DNA from: an uncultured Gemmatimonadales bacterium
GTDB lineage: Bacteria > Gemmatimonadota > Gemmatimonadetes > Gemmatimonadales > GWC2-71-9
Length of the DNA stretch: 64,000 nt
Direction: 5' to 3'
Assembly (NCBI GenBank): GCA_963739455.1
Contig: CAVUAK010000001.1
Coordinates: 1,184,001-1,248,000 of the forward strand
Shown here: piece by piece, positions 32,582 to 44,220 of the stretch
How positions within the stretch are numbered: the first letter of the stretch is position 1
Layout of the letters: each line of letters opens with the position of its first letter
Position numbers and translations under genes: made by a program
Notes under the pieces: generated by a model
Databases searched by the model: none
What the model was told of the DNA's origin: nothing
Seen by the model: the letters and a program-made list of their open reading frames with translations, nothing else

Positions 32582-34393
32582 CTACTGGATTACGACGCCG
32601 GGCACGACGCTCGCGTCAAAGTAGGTGGAGCCACCGCGGTCGACCGCGATGACGACCACGGTATTGCTGAGCGGCGACAACTCCGACAACGACAGCTTGA
32701 AGTCGCCCCGGTTCGGGCAGCCCTCATGCTTCTGGAAGCCGGAACCCGAATCGAACAGGCTCCCGCTGCCGTTGAACACGACTGCGGACGTCCGGTCGAC
32801 CCCGTTCACGTAGACCCGGAAATCATTGTCCATCGCGAACTCCATGGTGCCGGTCGCCGCTCCATTGGGCGCAATGAAGTCGCGACGGAATGCGATAACC
32901 TGACCCTGGCCAAAGAGCGTAGAATTTGTCCAGGCGAACGCGGCGTTTTCCGAGTTGTACACGTCGCAGTAGGTATCGGGAGGCAGGAGCATGCTGAATG
33001 CCCCCTGCACCGGGCCTGCATAACCACTGGCGCTCCCGACCGCCGCCGCGATCGCGTCAGCGTTGGGGTACGTGCCATCAGTCCCCAGCAGCTTCCAGCT
33101 CCAGCCGAGCGCGCTCCAATCGAATGGCGCTGTGGGCGCCACGCCGGTGGCGGTGAAGGTGACCGGCGACCCGATGAAGCTGAGACCAGCCTGGTTCGGC
33201 GTGGCCGTCAGCGTGTTGTCCCCGAGACCCAGCAACCATGAGCCGACAGTGGCGAAGCCGCCACCGGAGGTGGCCACGGTTCCGCCGGATGCGAACACAA
33301 TGGAGACACCATCCACCGGACGATTCTGGAAAGTCCGCACCTTCACGGACGGTAGCGCACCCGCCTGGGTGCCTGCTGTCCCCGACTGGGTGGTTGCCGA
33401 GTTGGCGCTCACCGCCAGCAGCGGATCAACCGCGGCGAAGGGGCTGTAGGAGCGCACCTTGCCGCCAGTGGTCGGGGGACTGCCAAGGGCATAGAGGCGC
33501 TGTGGCAGGAACATGCGCTCGAAGAAGCCGACCTGCTGGCTGCAGTTGACCAGCGGAAAGGGCACCCGATGTCTCGCAATGATCTCGATGTTTCCGAATC
33601 GGGTATTTCCAGTCCCAAGCATCCCCGGACGCGTTGTTGTGCGCGAGGCGCAACCGCTCGTCGACCGCCGAGTTGCTGGATGACGCTATGCAGGCGGCGA
33701 CGAAAACACCGCCGCTTGCCGCCGTGCCCAGCGGCACACTCGGCGTGACGCTGAACTCGTAGCCCGGCCCATACTGGTCGAGCTGGGTGTCGAGCCAGGG
33801 GGGCGACTGATTCGGCAGCTTGGTGATCGTGATGAGGACTGTCTGCGGCACGTCGCCGGTGGCGATCTGCGTTGCCGCCCTCAGGTTGCCGGTCTTGACC
33901 ACGGTCGTCGGACTGGTGGGCGTCACGACGGCAGCACCGCCATCGGGACCGAGATCGATCGGCGGCGTTGGCAGGCCGACGAGACAGAACAGGAGCTTGA
34001 TCAGAGCCTCGAGCTTACCGCGCTTCACCGGGTCGTTTGCGTACAGGCCACTGTTCCGCGCCTTCACCAGTGCGTCAACGATCTCGAACATCCTGGCCCG
34101 CGCGCGGTCGACTCGCCCGCCGGTGCGATCCAGGTTCAGCGAGGCGAGCTTGCAGTGCCACCACCGTCCCAAGCGGCCCGGGAAGGATGGCCTTGACCAG
34201 CGCGGTGATGTCGGTGGGGCTGCAACCCTGGGCAACGAGGAAGGCGTCATCGGCAATGTTTGGCGGCTGCTGCTGCTGGAGCTGGCTGTGCGGGTTCCTG
34301 CGGACCAGTCGGAAGCGGGCTGTTGTCGGTGCCACATGAGGCGAGCACGACGGCGAGCATCAATCCGAGGCAAAGTCGAAGATGGCGGCGCAC
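32582..34393 (-). CDS. Large putative lipoprotein with Ig-like and beta-sandwich segments; multiple frameshifts
   Basis: Lipobox LASC; fragments 34247.., 33426..34373, 32582..33622 (PSVKV..PVDGVSIVF, WLLGLGDNTLTAT, MDNDFRVYVNG). Confidence 0.6.
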
Positions 34394-34500
34394 TGGTACG
34401 GTCCCTCGCAAGCGGCGTGGTGAGTCTGGATCGACTGCGGGTCTGATTACAACGGGTGGCAATATACTTGCCGCTCAGGAGTTAGCCAGTAGCTGCAATG

Positions 34501-34529
34501 CTAAGTCATTGATCATTGCAACGAGTTAG
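34501..34529. promoter_or_regulatory. AT-rich 11-7-11 imperfect palindrome
   Basis: CTAAGTCATTG-ATCATTG-CAACGAGTTAG; 9/11 inverted match. Confidence 0.5.
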
Positions 34530-34621
34530 TCTCCAAGACAATTGCTTTGGGTGGGCAGAATCGTGACGCTCGCGTGTTGCGTGGCAGGAGCATGAATGGT
34601 GTGCGCCCTACACGCAGCGTG

Positions 34622-37249
34622 TCAGGGAGCGCCTACCACCTTGCTCCATTCGGGGTCGGATTGGAGTGATTCGAACCTCCATCCGGCGCTCTCGGCCATG
34701 GCCTTCTGCTGTGTCGGGTTCGCCGTCCAGAAAGTCTTGAGCGCCTTGAACGCCGCCTTGCTGTCGCCGAGCAGGGTGTAGACGTAGGCCTCCTCCTCGG
34801 CGAGGTCGTGGGTCGGGTCGATTTCAGTTGTTCCCCGGGACCGCTGCACGACACTACGGGCGCTGTCGGCGAGCTTGGCCCGCGCGATCACGGCGGCGGC
34901 GATCATCTGCGCCTGCAGTGTCCGGAACTCACGTTCCTGCTCGGGGGCGAGCGCCGTCAGCGCTGTCACGCAGCCGCCAGGCGCGCGCTACGTCGGGCTC
35001 TTCCGCCCGGGTGGCGAGCAGGCGGAGGCGGCAGGTGGCGAAGTGGTAGTCGGCCGGGAAGCGCCGCTGGCCCTCGTCGCACCACTGCTTCGCGTCGGCA
35101 AACTGGGCCAGGTCGTAGGAGGAGTAGAACAGCCGGTCGATAACCTTGTCGATGTTGGCGAGGTAGGCGTCCTCCTCGTACGCGCGCCGGGCAGCGAGCT
35201 TCGCGTCGGTCGGGCCCTTGGTGTGGTTGTAGAGGTGTGCGAGGGACGCCCAGGCCCGGGCCTCGCGAGGGATCGATCTTGACGGCGAGCTCGAGGTCGG
35301 CCTGCGCCGACTCGAGCAACTTGTTGGCCGCGACTGGATCGGCCTCGAGGCCGCAGGAGCCACCGCCAGTAGCGGAGCTCGCCGCGCTGGAAGAGGGCTG
35401 CGGGATCCTGCGGGATCGAGTGCCAGTGCCTGCTCGACGAACCCGAGTCCCTTGGTGATGTACGGCGCGGCGAGCACCGGATCGGTGTTGACCCGGTATA
35501 CCTGCTGCGACGCGATGGTGCCGCGCTGCACCAGCGGTTCCGTCCACTTGGGATCGAGAGCCGACGCCTGGGCCAGGAGCGAGTCCGCCTGCTCGAACGC
35601 GCGTCCCGCTGCGGCCGGTGTCGGCATGACCAAGCGAGTCGGCCTGACGGCTGAACGCCTCTGCCCGCTGCACGAGTATCCAGGCCTGCGGGATTGGAGG
35701 CACGCTGGCGCTGCTCGCGGATTCGTACCTCGGCACCGAGGCGTTCGCGCAGGAAGACGCGCTGCCTTCTGCGCGAGTGAGTCTCCAAGGGTGAGGTACT
35801 GGCTCGCCGGCTGCTCGAAGCTGGCCCGCTGGAACTCGGCACCGCTGGCGGCGTCTACCAGTCGAACGGTGACGCGAACCTTGTCGCGCTCCTGCTCGAC
35901 GCTTCCCTCGACCAGCGTCCCCACCTTGAGCAAGCGGGCGATGCTGTCGCGCGGCACGTTGCCGCCGCGAAAAGGCGCCACGCCATTGCTGGAGATGACC
36001 TCCAGTTCGCTCACCTGGCCGAGCTGGGTGATCAGTCCCTCGGTGAGACCGTCGGCGAGGAAGCGGAGGGAATCGCCGGTGCCCGCGGTCTGGAAGTAGA
36101 GCACGGCGATCCGGCGGGCGTCGTCTCCCGCCGCCACCGGTGCCACCGCCTTGCCGCCACGGCCCGACATGAACTTCCACCCGGCGATGCTGGCCAGGGA
36201 GAGGAGGACCGCGATCGACGCCACCGATGAGCCACTTCCGGCGCGGGGCTGGCTCCTCCGCCGCCTCGAAGTCCTGAACCGGGGTCGTGCCCGTCCGGCC
36301 GCCTGGCCGCATGATCCTGGCGGTGGTGCGCCGGGTGGAGATCGGAACCTGCTGCGGCGTCCGCGGGGTATTGGCGCGCCGGGCGGATGTGCGCAGGAGC
36401 GACGCTTCGGCCTCCGCTTCGCCGAGGGCCTCGGCGAAATCCTTCATGCTGGGAAACCGGTCGGCCGGTGTCTTCTCCAGCGCCCGGAAGGTGGCGTCCT
36501 CGACCGCGTCCGGAATCGAGTTCCGTACCACCTGCATGCTGGGCACCTGCTCCAGGGAGTGGCGCGCCAGGACTGCCATGGCATTCGGTCCGTCGAACGG
36601 CGGCTGGCCCGACGAGCAGCTCGTAGAGCACGCACCCCAGGCTGTACTCGTCGCTGCGACCGTCCATGTCGCCGCCCAGCGATTGCTCCGGGCTCATGTA
36701 GTGGGGTGTCCCCACCGCCATCCCCGTCTCGGTCAGCTTCTGGCCCGAGGCTGCCTCGACTGCCTTGGCAATCCCGAAGTCGGCCACGAGGGCATGACCG
36801 CCCTGAAGCAGGATGTTCTCCGGCTTGATGTCGCGGTGGATGATCTTGCGTTCGTGGGCGTACTGCAGCGCCTCAGCCGACTCGCGGACGATGCGGAGCG
36901 CGTCCTCGATGGGAAGCTGGTGTTCCCGGATGAGCCGGTCGCGAACCGACTCGCCCTCGATGAAGGGCATCACATAGTAGAGGAGGCCGTCGGCCACCCC
37001 GGAGTCGTACAGGCCGAGGATGTTGGGGTGCTGGAGCTGGGCAGCGACGCGGATTTCGCGGAGGAAACGGTCGGCACCGATGGTGGCCGACAACTCCGGC
37101 TTGAGCACCTTGATGGCCACCATGCGCTCGTGCTTCGAGTCGCGGGCCAGGTAGACGAAGGCCATCCCGCCCTGACCCAGCAGGCGCTCCACGTCGTAAT
37201 GGCCGGCCAGGGCTTCCCGCAGTCGTTCCAGCTGATCGGCCACGGACAC
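34622..37249 (-). CDS. Membrane Ser/Thr protein kinase with TolB-N-like and TPR-like C-terminus; multiple frameshifts
   Basis: GQGGMA, VAIK, HRDIKPEN, DFG, GTPHYMSPEQ; TM; RIAVLYF..ADGLTEGLI. Confidence 0.9.
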
Positions 37250-37291
37250 TCAGGTAAAGGGGAGGAGTCGAAACAGTCAGGTTACAGAATA

Positions 37292-38122
37292 CTAGCCGAT
37301 TAGTGCCTCCCGCATGGCCGAGGCGGTGGGGTAGCGGTCAGCCGGTTCCTTCGCGAGCGCCTTGTCGAGGACGTCGGCGAGGCGCTTCGGCGTGTCCGTC
37401 CGCAGCGTCTCGATTCGCGGCGGCGGTTCCGAGAGGTGCTTTTGCAGGACGATGCCCTCCACCTTGTGCACGAAGGGGGGCCGGCCGGCGAGGCACTCGA
37501 AGAGGACGCAGGCCAGGGAGTAGAGGTCGCTGCGGTGGTCGATGTCGCGGAGGCCGCGGATCTGCTCGGGGCTCATGTAGGTGCAGGTGCCGAGCGCCAC
37601 GCCTGAGCGGGTCAGGTTCTCGCCGGCAGAGTCGGCGATCGCCTTGGCGATGCCGAAGTCGAGCAGGATGGTGCGGCCATCGGAAATGACGATGTTCTCC
37701 GGCTTCACGTCGCGATGAACGATGCTGTGCTCGTGGGCATGTTGCAGCGCGCCCAGCAGGTCGACGCCAAGGCGGACGACATCGTCGACGGGAAGGGAGC
37801 GGGCCCTTGTTATGCCCTCGCGAAGGGTAGGGCCGGGGCAATACGACATCGCGTAGTAGACCACCCAGTCGGCTTCACCGGAGTCGAGCAGGCGCGCGAT
37901 GTTGGGATGGTCGAGCTGGCTGCAGAGGCGGACCTCGCGCAGAAAGCGATCAGCCGCCACGGTGACGGCCAGCTCGGGATGCAGCACCTTGAGCGCCACT
38001 TCATCGCCGGCCCGGCTGCGGGCCAGGAACACGCGCGCGCCGCCGCCCCGCCCGACCTCGCGATCCAGCGTATAGAGGTCGCCGAGGGCCGTCTGGACTG
38101 CGGTGAAGAGGTCACGCGCCAT
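37292..38122 (-). CDS. Ser/Thr protein kinase, catalytic domain only
   Basis: GRGGGA, VALK, HRDVKPEN, DFG, YMSPEQ. Confidence 0.92.
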   Translation of the reverse strand: MARDLFTAVQTALGDLYTLDREVGRGGGARVFLARSRAGDEVALKVLHPELAVTVAADRFLREVRLCSQLDHPNIARLLDSGEADWVVYYAMSYCPGPTLREGITRARSLPVDDVVRLGVDLLGALQHAHEHSIVHRDVKPENIVISDGRTILLDFGIAKAIADSAGENLTRSGVALGTCTYMSPEQIRGLRDIDHRSDLYSLACVLFECLAGRPPFVHKVEGIVLQKHLSEPPPRIETLRTDTPKRLADVLDKALAKEPADRYPTASAMREALIG

Positions 38123-39215
38123 GAGTAAGCGAGCTTCCCTTCGCCCCGTATCGAACAGCGGTAATCTCGGCGATGATGGCGAGTGCGGTCTCCATGGGCT
38201 GCTTGCCGCCAAGGTCGAGGCCGACCGGCCCGTGGAGGCGCTGCAGGTCAGCCTCACTGAAGCCTGCGGCGCGCAGCCGTGCCCGGCGCTTCTCCTGGGT
38301 CTTCCGTGAACCGATCGTGCCGATGTACGGCACCGGGGACCGGAGGGCGATCTCGGTGGCGGGCTCGTCGAACTTCGGGTCGTGCGACAGGAGCACCACG
38401 AAGGTGCGCGCATCGAGCCCGATTCGCTCGAAGGCTTCCCCGGGCCACCCGAGCACCAGCTCATCGGCATCGGGGAACCGCTCGCGCGTAAGCCAGGCAG
38501 CGCGTCCGTCGGCAACGTAGGTGCGATAGCCGAGCGCGCGCCCGAGCAGCGTCAGTGCCTGCGCGATGTGGACGCCGCCGAAGATCAGGAGCCTCGGCTG
38601 CCGGGGAAACACCTCGAGCAATACCAGCAGCTCGCCGCCCTCGGGCATGGTGAACTTCTCGGTCCGGCTCTCGCCCCGTGCAAGTGCGTTGAGCGCAGCC
38701 GCCTCCACCTGGGTGAGCACCGAGTCGAGTTCCAGTTCGGCCTGCCGGGAGTCATTTCGCGCCGCACCCATGGGCGGCATGATCGGCTCCCGGCTGTCAT
38801 CGTCACGCAGGATATAGGCGGCACCGATGACCCCGGGCGCCTCGATGACGGTGGCGACCACCACACCACCCTCGCCCCGCGCGGCCTCGAGCACGGCGGT
38901 GCGCACGGCAGGCTCGATCAGCACGGAGATCGTGCCGCCGCACGAGAGGCCGACTTCCCAGGCCGCATCGTCAGCGACGCCATAGGTGACGAGTTTCGCC
39001 GTTCCCCGGGTCGCCGCCTCGGCGATCTCCAGCGCCACGGCGTTCTCGACACAGCCACCGGACACCGAACCGAGGATGGCACCCGAAGGCGTCGCCAGCA
39101 TGACGGCCCCCGCCCGGCGCGGAGCGCTGCCCCAGACCTGCGTCACCACGGCGCGACCGATCGGCTCGTTGCGGGCGATCAGGCGCTGATAGTCGGACAG
39201 GGTCTGCAGGGTCAC
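38112..39215 (-). CDS. xdhC: XdhC/CoxI family molybdoenzyme maturation factor
   Basis: WGSAPR, GSVSGGCVE, GLSCGG, SHDPKFD, YIGTIGS, GPVGLDLG. Confidence 0.93.
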   Translation of the reverse strand: MTLQTLSDYQRLIARNEPIGRAVVTQVWGSAPRRAGAVMLATPSGAILGSVSGGCVENAVALEIAEAATRGTAKLVTYGVADDAAWEVGLSCGGTISVLIEPAVRTAVLEAARGEGGVVVATVIEAPGVIGAAYILRDDDSREPIMPPMGAARNDSRQAELELDSVLTQVEAAALNALARGESRTEKFTMPEGGELLVLLEVFPRQPRLLIFGGVHIAQALTLLGRALGYRTYVADGRAAWLTRERFPDADELVLGWPGEAFERIGLDARTFVVLLSHDPKFDEPATEIALRSPVPYIGTIGSRKTQEKRRARLRAAGFSEADLQRLHGPVGLDLGGKQPMETALAIIAEITAVRYGAKGSSLTHGA

Positions 39216-39293
39216 GGCGGCGGTTCGTCTCGGGGCAGGGGTATGGGAAGATGCGAGCGCCCACGGGGCGAAGTAAAGAGCGCGGACGCCGAG

Positions 39294-39752
39294 TCAGGCG
39301 GCCGCTGCGGCGCCAGCGCGACGGGCGAAGTCCTGCCAGAACTGCTCGGTGAGCTTGCCCGCCATCCCGTCCAGCAGTCGGCCGCCGATGCTGGCGAGCG
39401 CCCCACCCACCTCGCACTCCGATTGCCAGCGCATGGTGGTGCGAGCGGGACCGGCTTCCACCAGGTCGATGTTGGCGGTGACATCTACCGTCGAGCCCGG
39501 GGCACTGCCACGCGCGCGCATCACCAGGTGCTCCGGAGCCTTGAGCTCCAGCAGCTCCACATCGAGCACAAAATGGAACTTGATGGCCCCGACGCCCACG
39601 GCGGAGACGACCTTGAAGTGGCTGTCGTCGATGCGCTCGACCCGCTCCACCCCGGGAGCCGACGCTGCCACGAACTCGGCGTCCAGCAGCCGTTGCCATA
39701 CCACGGCACGCGGGGCGCTCACTTCGGGCGAGCCGGAAAAACTGAGCCGCAT
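39294..39752 (-). CDS. coxG: CoxG (SRPBCC) family protein
   Basis: VWQRLLD..APGVE, VGGALASIGGRLL. Confidence 0.85.
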   Translation of the reverse strand: MRLSFSGSPEVSAPRAVVWQRLLDAEFVAASAPGVERVERIDDSHFKVVSAVGVGAIKFHFVLDVELLELKAPEHLVMRARGSAPGSTVDVTANIDLVEAGPARTTMRWQSECEVGGALASIGGRLLDGMAGKLTEQFWQDFARRAGAAAAA

Positions 39753-40378
39753 CACGCGTTCTCCTCGAGGGGAAATTCTGCCAGGTCGGCCGGGGTATCG
39801 ATGTCGGGATTCCTGCCGGGCACCTGCACCAGCTCAACCGCACCCTGTTGAAGGAACCGGCCGAGTCCGGCGTCGCCCTCGAGGCGGGCTACCTCGGGCC
39901 AGATCCGCCGATCCAGAAGGACGGGATGGCCCGGGTCGCCGGGACTGCCGGCGTACTCGGGACGCACCGCAGCCGCGCCGGTCGCCCGCCATCGGCGCAC
40001 TACCTCGGCAATCACGTCGCGCCGGAGCCCCGGCTGGTCGCCCAGAACAATGAGGGCGGCGGCTCCATTGGCGGGTGCCGACATTGCCACCCGGTCGAGG
40101 CCGGCCCGCAGGCTCAGCGCGAGTCCCTCCCCCGCTCGTTCCGCCACCACGACGATGGCACCCACCTCACGCGCGAGGGTCGCCCCGGCGTCGGTGTCGT
40201 CTCTTGTAACCAGGTAGACGGCGCGGAGAATACCATCGTGCGCGCTCGCCGTCACCGTGTCGAGCACCCGGCCGAGCACCGCGCGACCGGCAAGCGGCGT
40301 CGTGAGCTTGTCGCCGCCGAACCGGGTGCTGCGACCGGCGGCGAGGATGACGGCGAAAACGGGGGGGACCGGGGACAT
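39752..40378 (-). CDS. mocA: Molybdenum cofactor cytidylyltransferase-like nucleotidyltransferase
   Basis: ILAAGRSTRFGGDK, LGDQP, GHPV, GDAG, DIDTPAD. Confidence 0.85.
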   Translation of the reverse strand: MSPVPPVFAVILAAGRSTRFGGDKLTTPLAGRAVLGRVLDTVTASAHDGILRAVYLVTRDDTDAGATLAREVGAIVVVAERAGEGLALSLRAGLDRVAMSAPANGAAALIVLGDQPGLRRDVIAEVVRRWRATGAAAVRPEYAGSPGDPGHPVLLDRRIWPEVARLEGDAGLGRFLQQGAVELVQVPGRNPDIDTPADLAEFPLEENA

Positions 40379-40498
40379 GGGGCAGGGTACCGCTGTAACA
40401 GCAGGGCGGTCAAGAACGCCGAACCGCTTGACCAAGCGGCCATCCTGCCCTAGAGTCGTGGACCCCGCCAGAACTGTCCAGCTGACGGGGGTTCGCTT

Positions 40499-40571
40499 TG
40501 GGGTGTAGCTCAACTGGCAGAGCGTCCGGCTGTTAACCGGAAGGTTGCTGGTTCGACCCCAGCCGCCCCAG
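40499..40571 (+). tRNA. tRNA-Asn (GTT), CCA not encoded
   Basis: Acceptor TGGGGTG/CGCCCCA, D arm GCTC/GAGC, anticodon arm TCCGG-CTGTTAA-CCGGA, T arm GCTGG-TTCGACC-CCAGC. Confidence 0.97.
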
Positions 40572-40630
40572 TACGACGTCCGCCACCGGCGGACTATCCG
40601 CGGTGGTCCCCCGGGCCACCTGCATCTCCG

Positions 40631-42779
40631 ATGAATTCTCGCCTGACCGTTTTCGCGCTGTGCCTGCTGCTGCCTGGGAAGCTTCACGCCCAGGCAGAGC
40701 CGCAGGATTGCCCGCGCCTCCGGGCCAGCGGCGCCAGCGCCGACCTCTACTGCATGCCGCTCGTTCCGGCGCCCGGCGTCAACGCGCATGGAGCGGTGGA
40801 GCTGGGCTGGGTTCCGGGGCCTTTCACAGTCGCTGTCTCACCAGCGGGTGTCCAACGCTGGAACCTCCTCATTGCGACATCCGGGCTAGTTCAGCCCAGC
40901 GCGCGTTCGGGCAAGGCCGGGCTCGTAGTCTGGGCGGCACCGCCGTCACTCACCCCGCTGGTGAAGCTGGGCGTGCTGCGCACCGATACCCTGCTGGCGG
41001 GGACAGTGACGTTCGACCGGTTCCTGCTCTTGATCAGCAACGAGTCCGATACTGCCACCAAGGAGATGCGCGGCCGGGTGGTGCTCCGCGGCGAGTCTCC
41101 CAGCAACCGGCTCCGTCCGGCCGACACCTATCAATTCTTCCTGGGTGCACTGGGGCCGCGCGGTGCGCAGGGTGAAGCGATGCACATGAATCATGGTGGG
41201 CCACCCATGAGTGCGATGGGCACATGGGCCGCGGCACCCATGTACCCCGGTCTCGACATGCTGCCCTCGGAGATGGCGCTCCGCCCGGCCGAGGAACCAT
41301 GGCTGCCGGCTGCGCCCCGACGCGCCGCTCGCCAGGCCGAGGGAAGTGGTGCTGCTCAAGGATGGTGACACGCTCAACCTCAGCGCAGGCGTGGTGCGGC
41401 GCTCGATCGCCGGGCGCGAGTACACCATGTTCGGGTTCAACGGCCAGTATCCGGGGCCGCTCCTTGCCGTCACGCGCGGTTCGACGGTGACGGTGCGGCT
41501 CAAGAACGAACTACCGGTGCCGACAACGGTGCACTGGCACGGAGTCCGGCTGGACAACCGCTATGACGGCGTGCCCGACGCGGCGCGTCCCGCGGTCGAG
41601 CCGGGAGCGTCATTCACCTATCAACTGAAATTTCCGGACGAGGGACTGTTCTGGTATCACCCGCACGTGCGCGAGGACATCCAGCAGGATCTCGGACTCT
41701 ACGGCAACATCTTCGTGTCGCCGCCGGGTGCGGGCACGGTGCCGGGCCCGAACGAGAGCTTCCTGATCCTGGACGACCTGCTCATCGGCGACGCCGGGCT
41801 CGTGCCGTATGGCGCGGAGACGCCGACCCACGCAGCGATGGGACGGTTCGGCAACGTGCTGCTGGTGAATGGCGAGACGGCCTGGAGTGCCACGGCGCGG
41901 ACCGGCGAGGTGCTGCGACTTCGCCTGACAAATGTTGCCAACACGAGGACCTTCAACCTGTCATTGGGTCCTGACGCGCAGCTTCGCGTAGTCAGCTCCG
42001 ACCTGGGCGACTTTGCGACAGCACAATCGGTGGAGAGCGTCGTGATCGCGCCGGCAGAACGCTACGCGATCGACGTGAGCTTCTCGAAGCCGGGAACGTA
42101 CCGGCTCGTCAACCGGGTGCGCGCCATCGATCATCTCTACGGCCGGTTCTTCGACGCCGTTGATACGCTCGGCACTGTGGTGGTTACGGCTGGATCACCG
42201 GGGCCGGCGCCACTCAGCCGCAATCCGGCACCCGGTCGTGACGCCGAGCAGGTTGGGGCGCTGGCCAAGGCGAACCTGGGCCTTCCGCCGCAGCACACGC
42301 TCGAGCTCAGCGCCCGGTTCACCGGCCTTCCGTTCGTCAGTGAGCAGTTGATGCGAATCGACTCGATCTACTTCAACCCGGTGGAGTGGGAAGGCACCAT
42401 GCCAGGGATGAACCAGGCGACCACGGGGAACCAGGCACACTGGATCCTGAGGGACCCGGACACCGGTGCCGAGAACATGGATATCCACTGGTCTTTCAGG
42501 CAGGGAGACCTGGTACGGCTTCGGCTGGTGGGTGTGCGGAACACCCTCCACGGGATGCACCACCCGATCCATATCCATGGCCAGCGCTTCCTGGTGCTGG
42601 CGGTGAACGGTACGCCGAACGAGAATCCTGTATGGAAGGACACCGTCCTGCTGCCGGCCGCCGGGGCGCTCGACCTGCTGGTGGACATGTCCAACCCCGG
42701 AAGCTGGATGCTGCACTGTCACATCGCGGAACACCTTCAGGCGGGGATGATGATGCATTTCAACGTGGAGCAGCCATGA
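40631..42779 (+). CDS. Multicopper oxidase with N-terminal extension; frameshift near 41318
   Basis: HWHG, WYHPH, HPIHIHG, HCHIAEHLQAGM; signal peptide. Confidence 0.92.
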
Positions 42780-44200
42780 GACATCCCAAGGCCATTGGGT
42801 TCCTGCTGTTGATCCTGCCCTCGGTGTTGTGGGCTCAACGTCCGAAGCTTTCCGAGGGAGTGCGGATCTACGTGGCGAGTGACAGCGCTGTCGTCGCGAT
42901 CACCGGGGTCACCGTCATCGATGGCAAGGGAACACCGGCACTCGCCGGCCAGACGGTGGTGATCCGCGATGATCGCATCGCCGAGGTGGGGCCGGTGGCG
43001 AAGGTGAAGGTGCCGGCCGGGGCGCAGGTGGTGGACGGCAGCGGCATGACGCTCATTCCGGGCATCATCGGGTTGCACGACCACATGTACTACTCCGCGG
43101 CTGGCGGCGTGAATACCCAGATGAGCTTCACCGGTCCGCGACTCTACCTGGCGAGCGGTGTCACCTCGGTACGCACCACCGGCAGCATCTCGCCGTATGC
43201 CGACATCAACCTGAAGAAGTCCATCGAATCGGGGGATACGCCGGGACCGCGGATCCATATCACCTCGCCCTACCTGACCGGCGGTGCCGGCGGTGGTGAG
43301 ATGTTCGCGACCGACGAGCCGGCTGCGGCGAAGGCCTTCGTGACGTACTGGGCGCACGAGGGTGCGACGTGGATCAAGTTCTACGCTGACATCTCGAGGG
43401 CGTCCATGAAGGCGGCGATCGACGAGGCGCATCGCCTGGGCATCAAGACCACCGGTCACCTCTGCTCGGTGACTTTCAGGGAAGCAGTGGGGCTCGGCAT
43501 CGACGACTTGTCGCACGGCGCGTTCACTGCGACCGACTTCATTCCCGACAAGGAGCCGGACAAGTGTCCGCCCAACTCCTACAAGCTGCTGGATTCGCTT
43601 GCCTCGGGGGAAGGACCGGTCGCGACCAGCCTCATCGACCTGATGGTGCAGAAGAAGGTGTCGATGACCACCACAATGGCGGTGATCGAGGCGTTCTATC
43701 CCGGGCGTCCCGTGACGGACGAGCGCACGCTCGACCTGATGACGCCGGCGGTTCGCACGGCGTACATGGCGCAGCGTGCCTACATCGACACGACGAAGGC
43801 GTGGCTCTTCACACCGGCCGGTTTTGCGCGGGCGCTGGCGTTCGATAAGGCGTTCTTCGCCGCCGGGGGCATTCTCGGCAGCGGGGTCGATCCGACCGGT
43901 AACGGCGGCGCACTCCCCGGGTTCGGTGACCAGCGCGGCTATGAGCTGCTGCGTGAAGCAGGGCTCAACGCGGAGCAAGCGGTACAGGTGGTCAGCTACA
44001 ATGGTGCGCGCGTACTCGGCGTGGACGACAATCTCGGCACGGTGACCCAGGGCAAGATCGCCGACCTCGTGCTGCTGCGCGGCGACCTGGTCGCCGACCC
44101 GTCGGTCATTCGCAACGTGGTGATCGTATACAAGGACGGGGTCGCCTACGACCCGACAAGGCTCATCAAGGCGGTTCGCGGTCGCGTAGGCGTCAACTAG
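42776..44200 (+). CDS. Secreted amidohydrolase family protein, copy 1
   Basis: PGIIGLHDH, GVTSVR, GKIADLVLL; signal peptide. Confidence 0.9.
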   Translation: MRHPKAIGFLLLILPSVLWAQRPKLSEGVRIYVASDSAVVAITGVTVIDGKGTPALAGQTVVIRDDRIAEVGPVAKVKVPAGAQVVDGSGMTLIPGIIGLHDHMYYSAAGGVNTQMSFTGPRLYLASGVTSVRTTGSISPYADINLKKSIESGDTPGPRIHITSPYLTGGAGGGEMFATDEPAAAKAFVTYWAHEGATWIKFYADISRASMKAAIDEAHRLGIKTTGHLCSVTFREAVGLGIDDLSHGAFTATDFIPDKEPDKCPPNSYKLLDSLASGEGPVATSLIDLMVQKKVSMTTTMAVIEAFYPGRPVTDERTLDLMTPAVRTAYMAQRAYIDTTKAWLFTPAGFARALAFDKAFFAAGGILGSGVDPTGNGGALPGFGDQRGYELLREAGLNAEQAVQVVSYNGARVLGVDDNLGTVTQGKIADLVLLRGDLVADPSVIRNVVIVYKDGVAYDPTRLIKAVRGRVGVN

Positions 44201-44220
44201 ACATGGCCAACGGAGGCACA

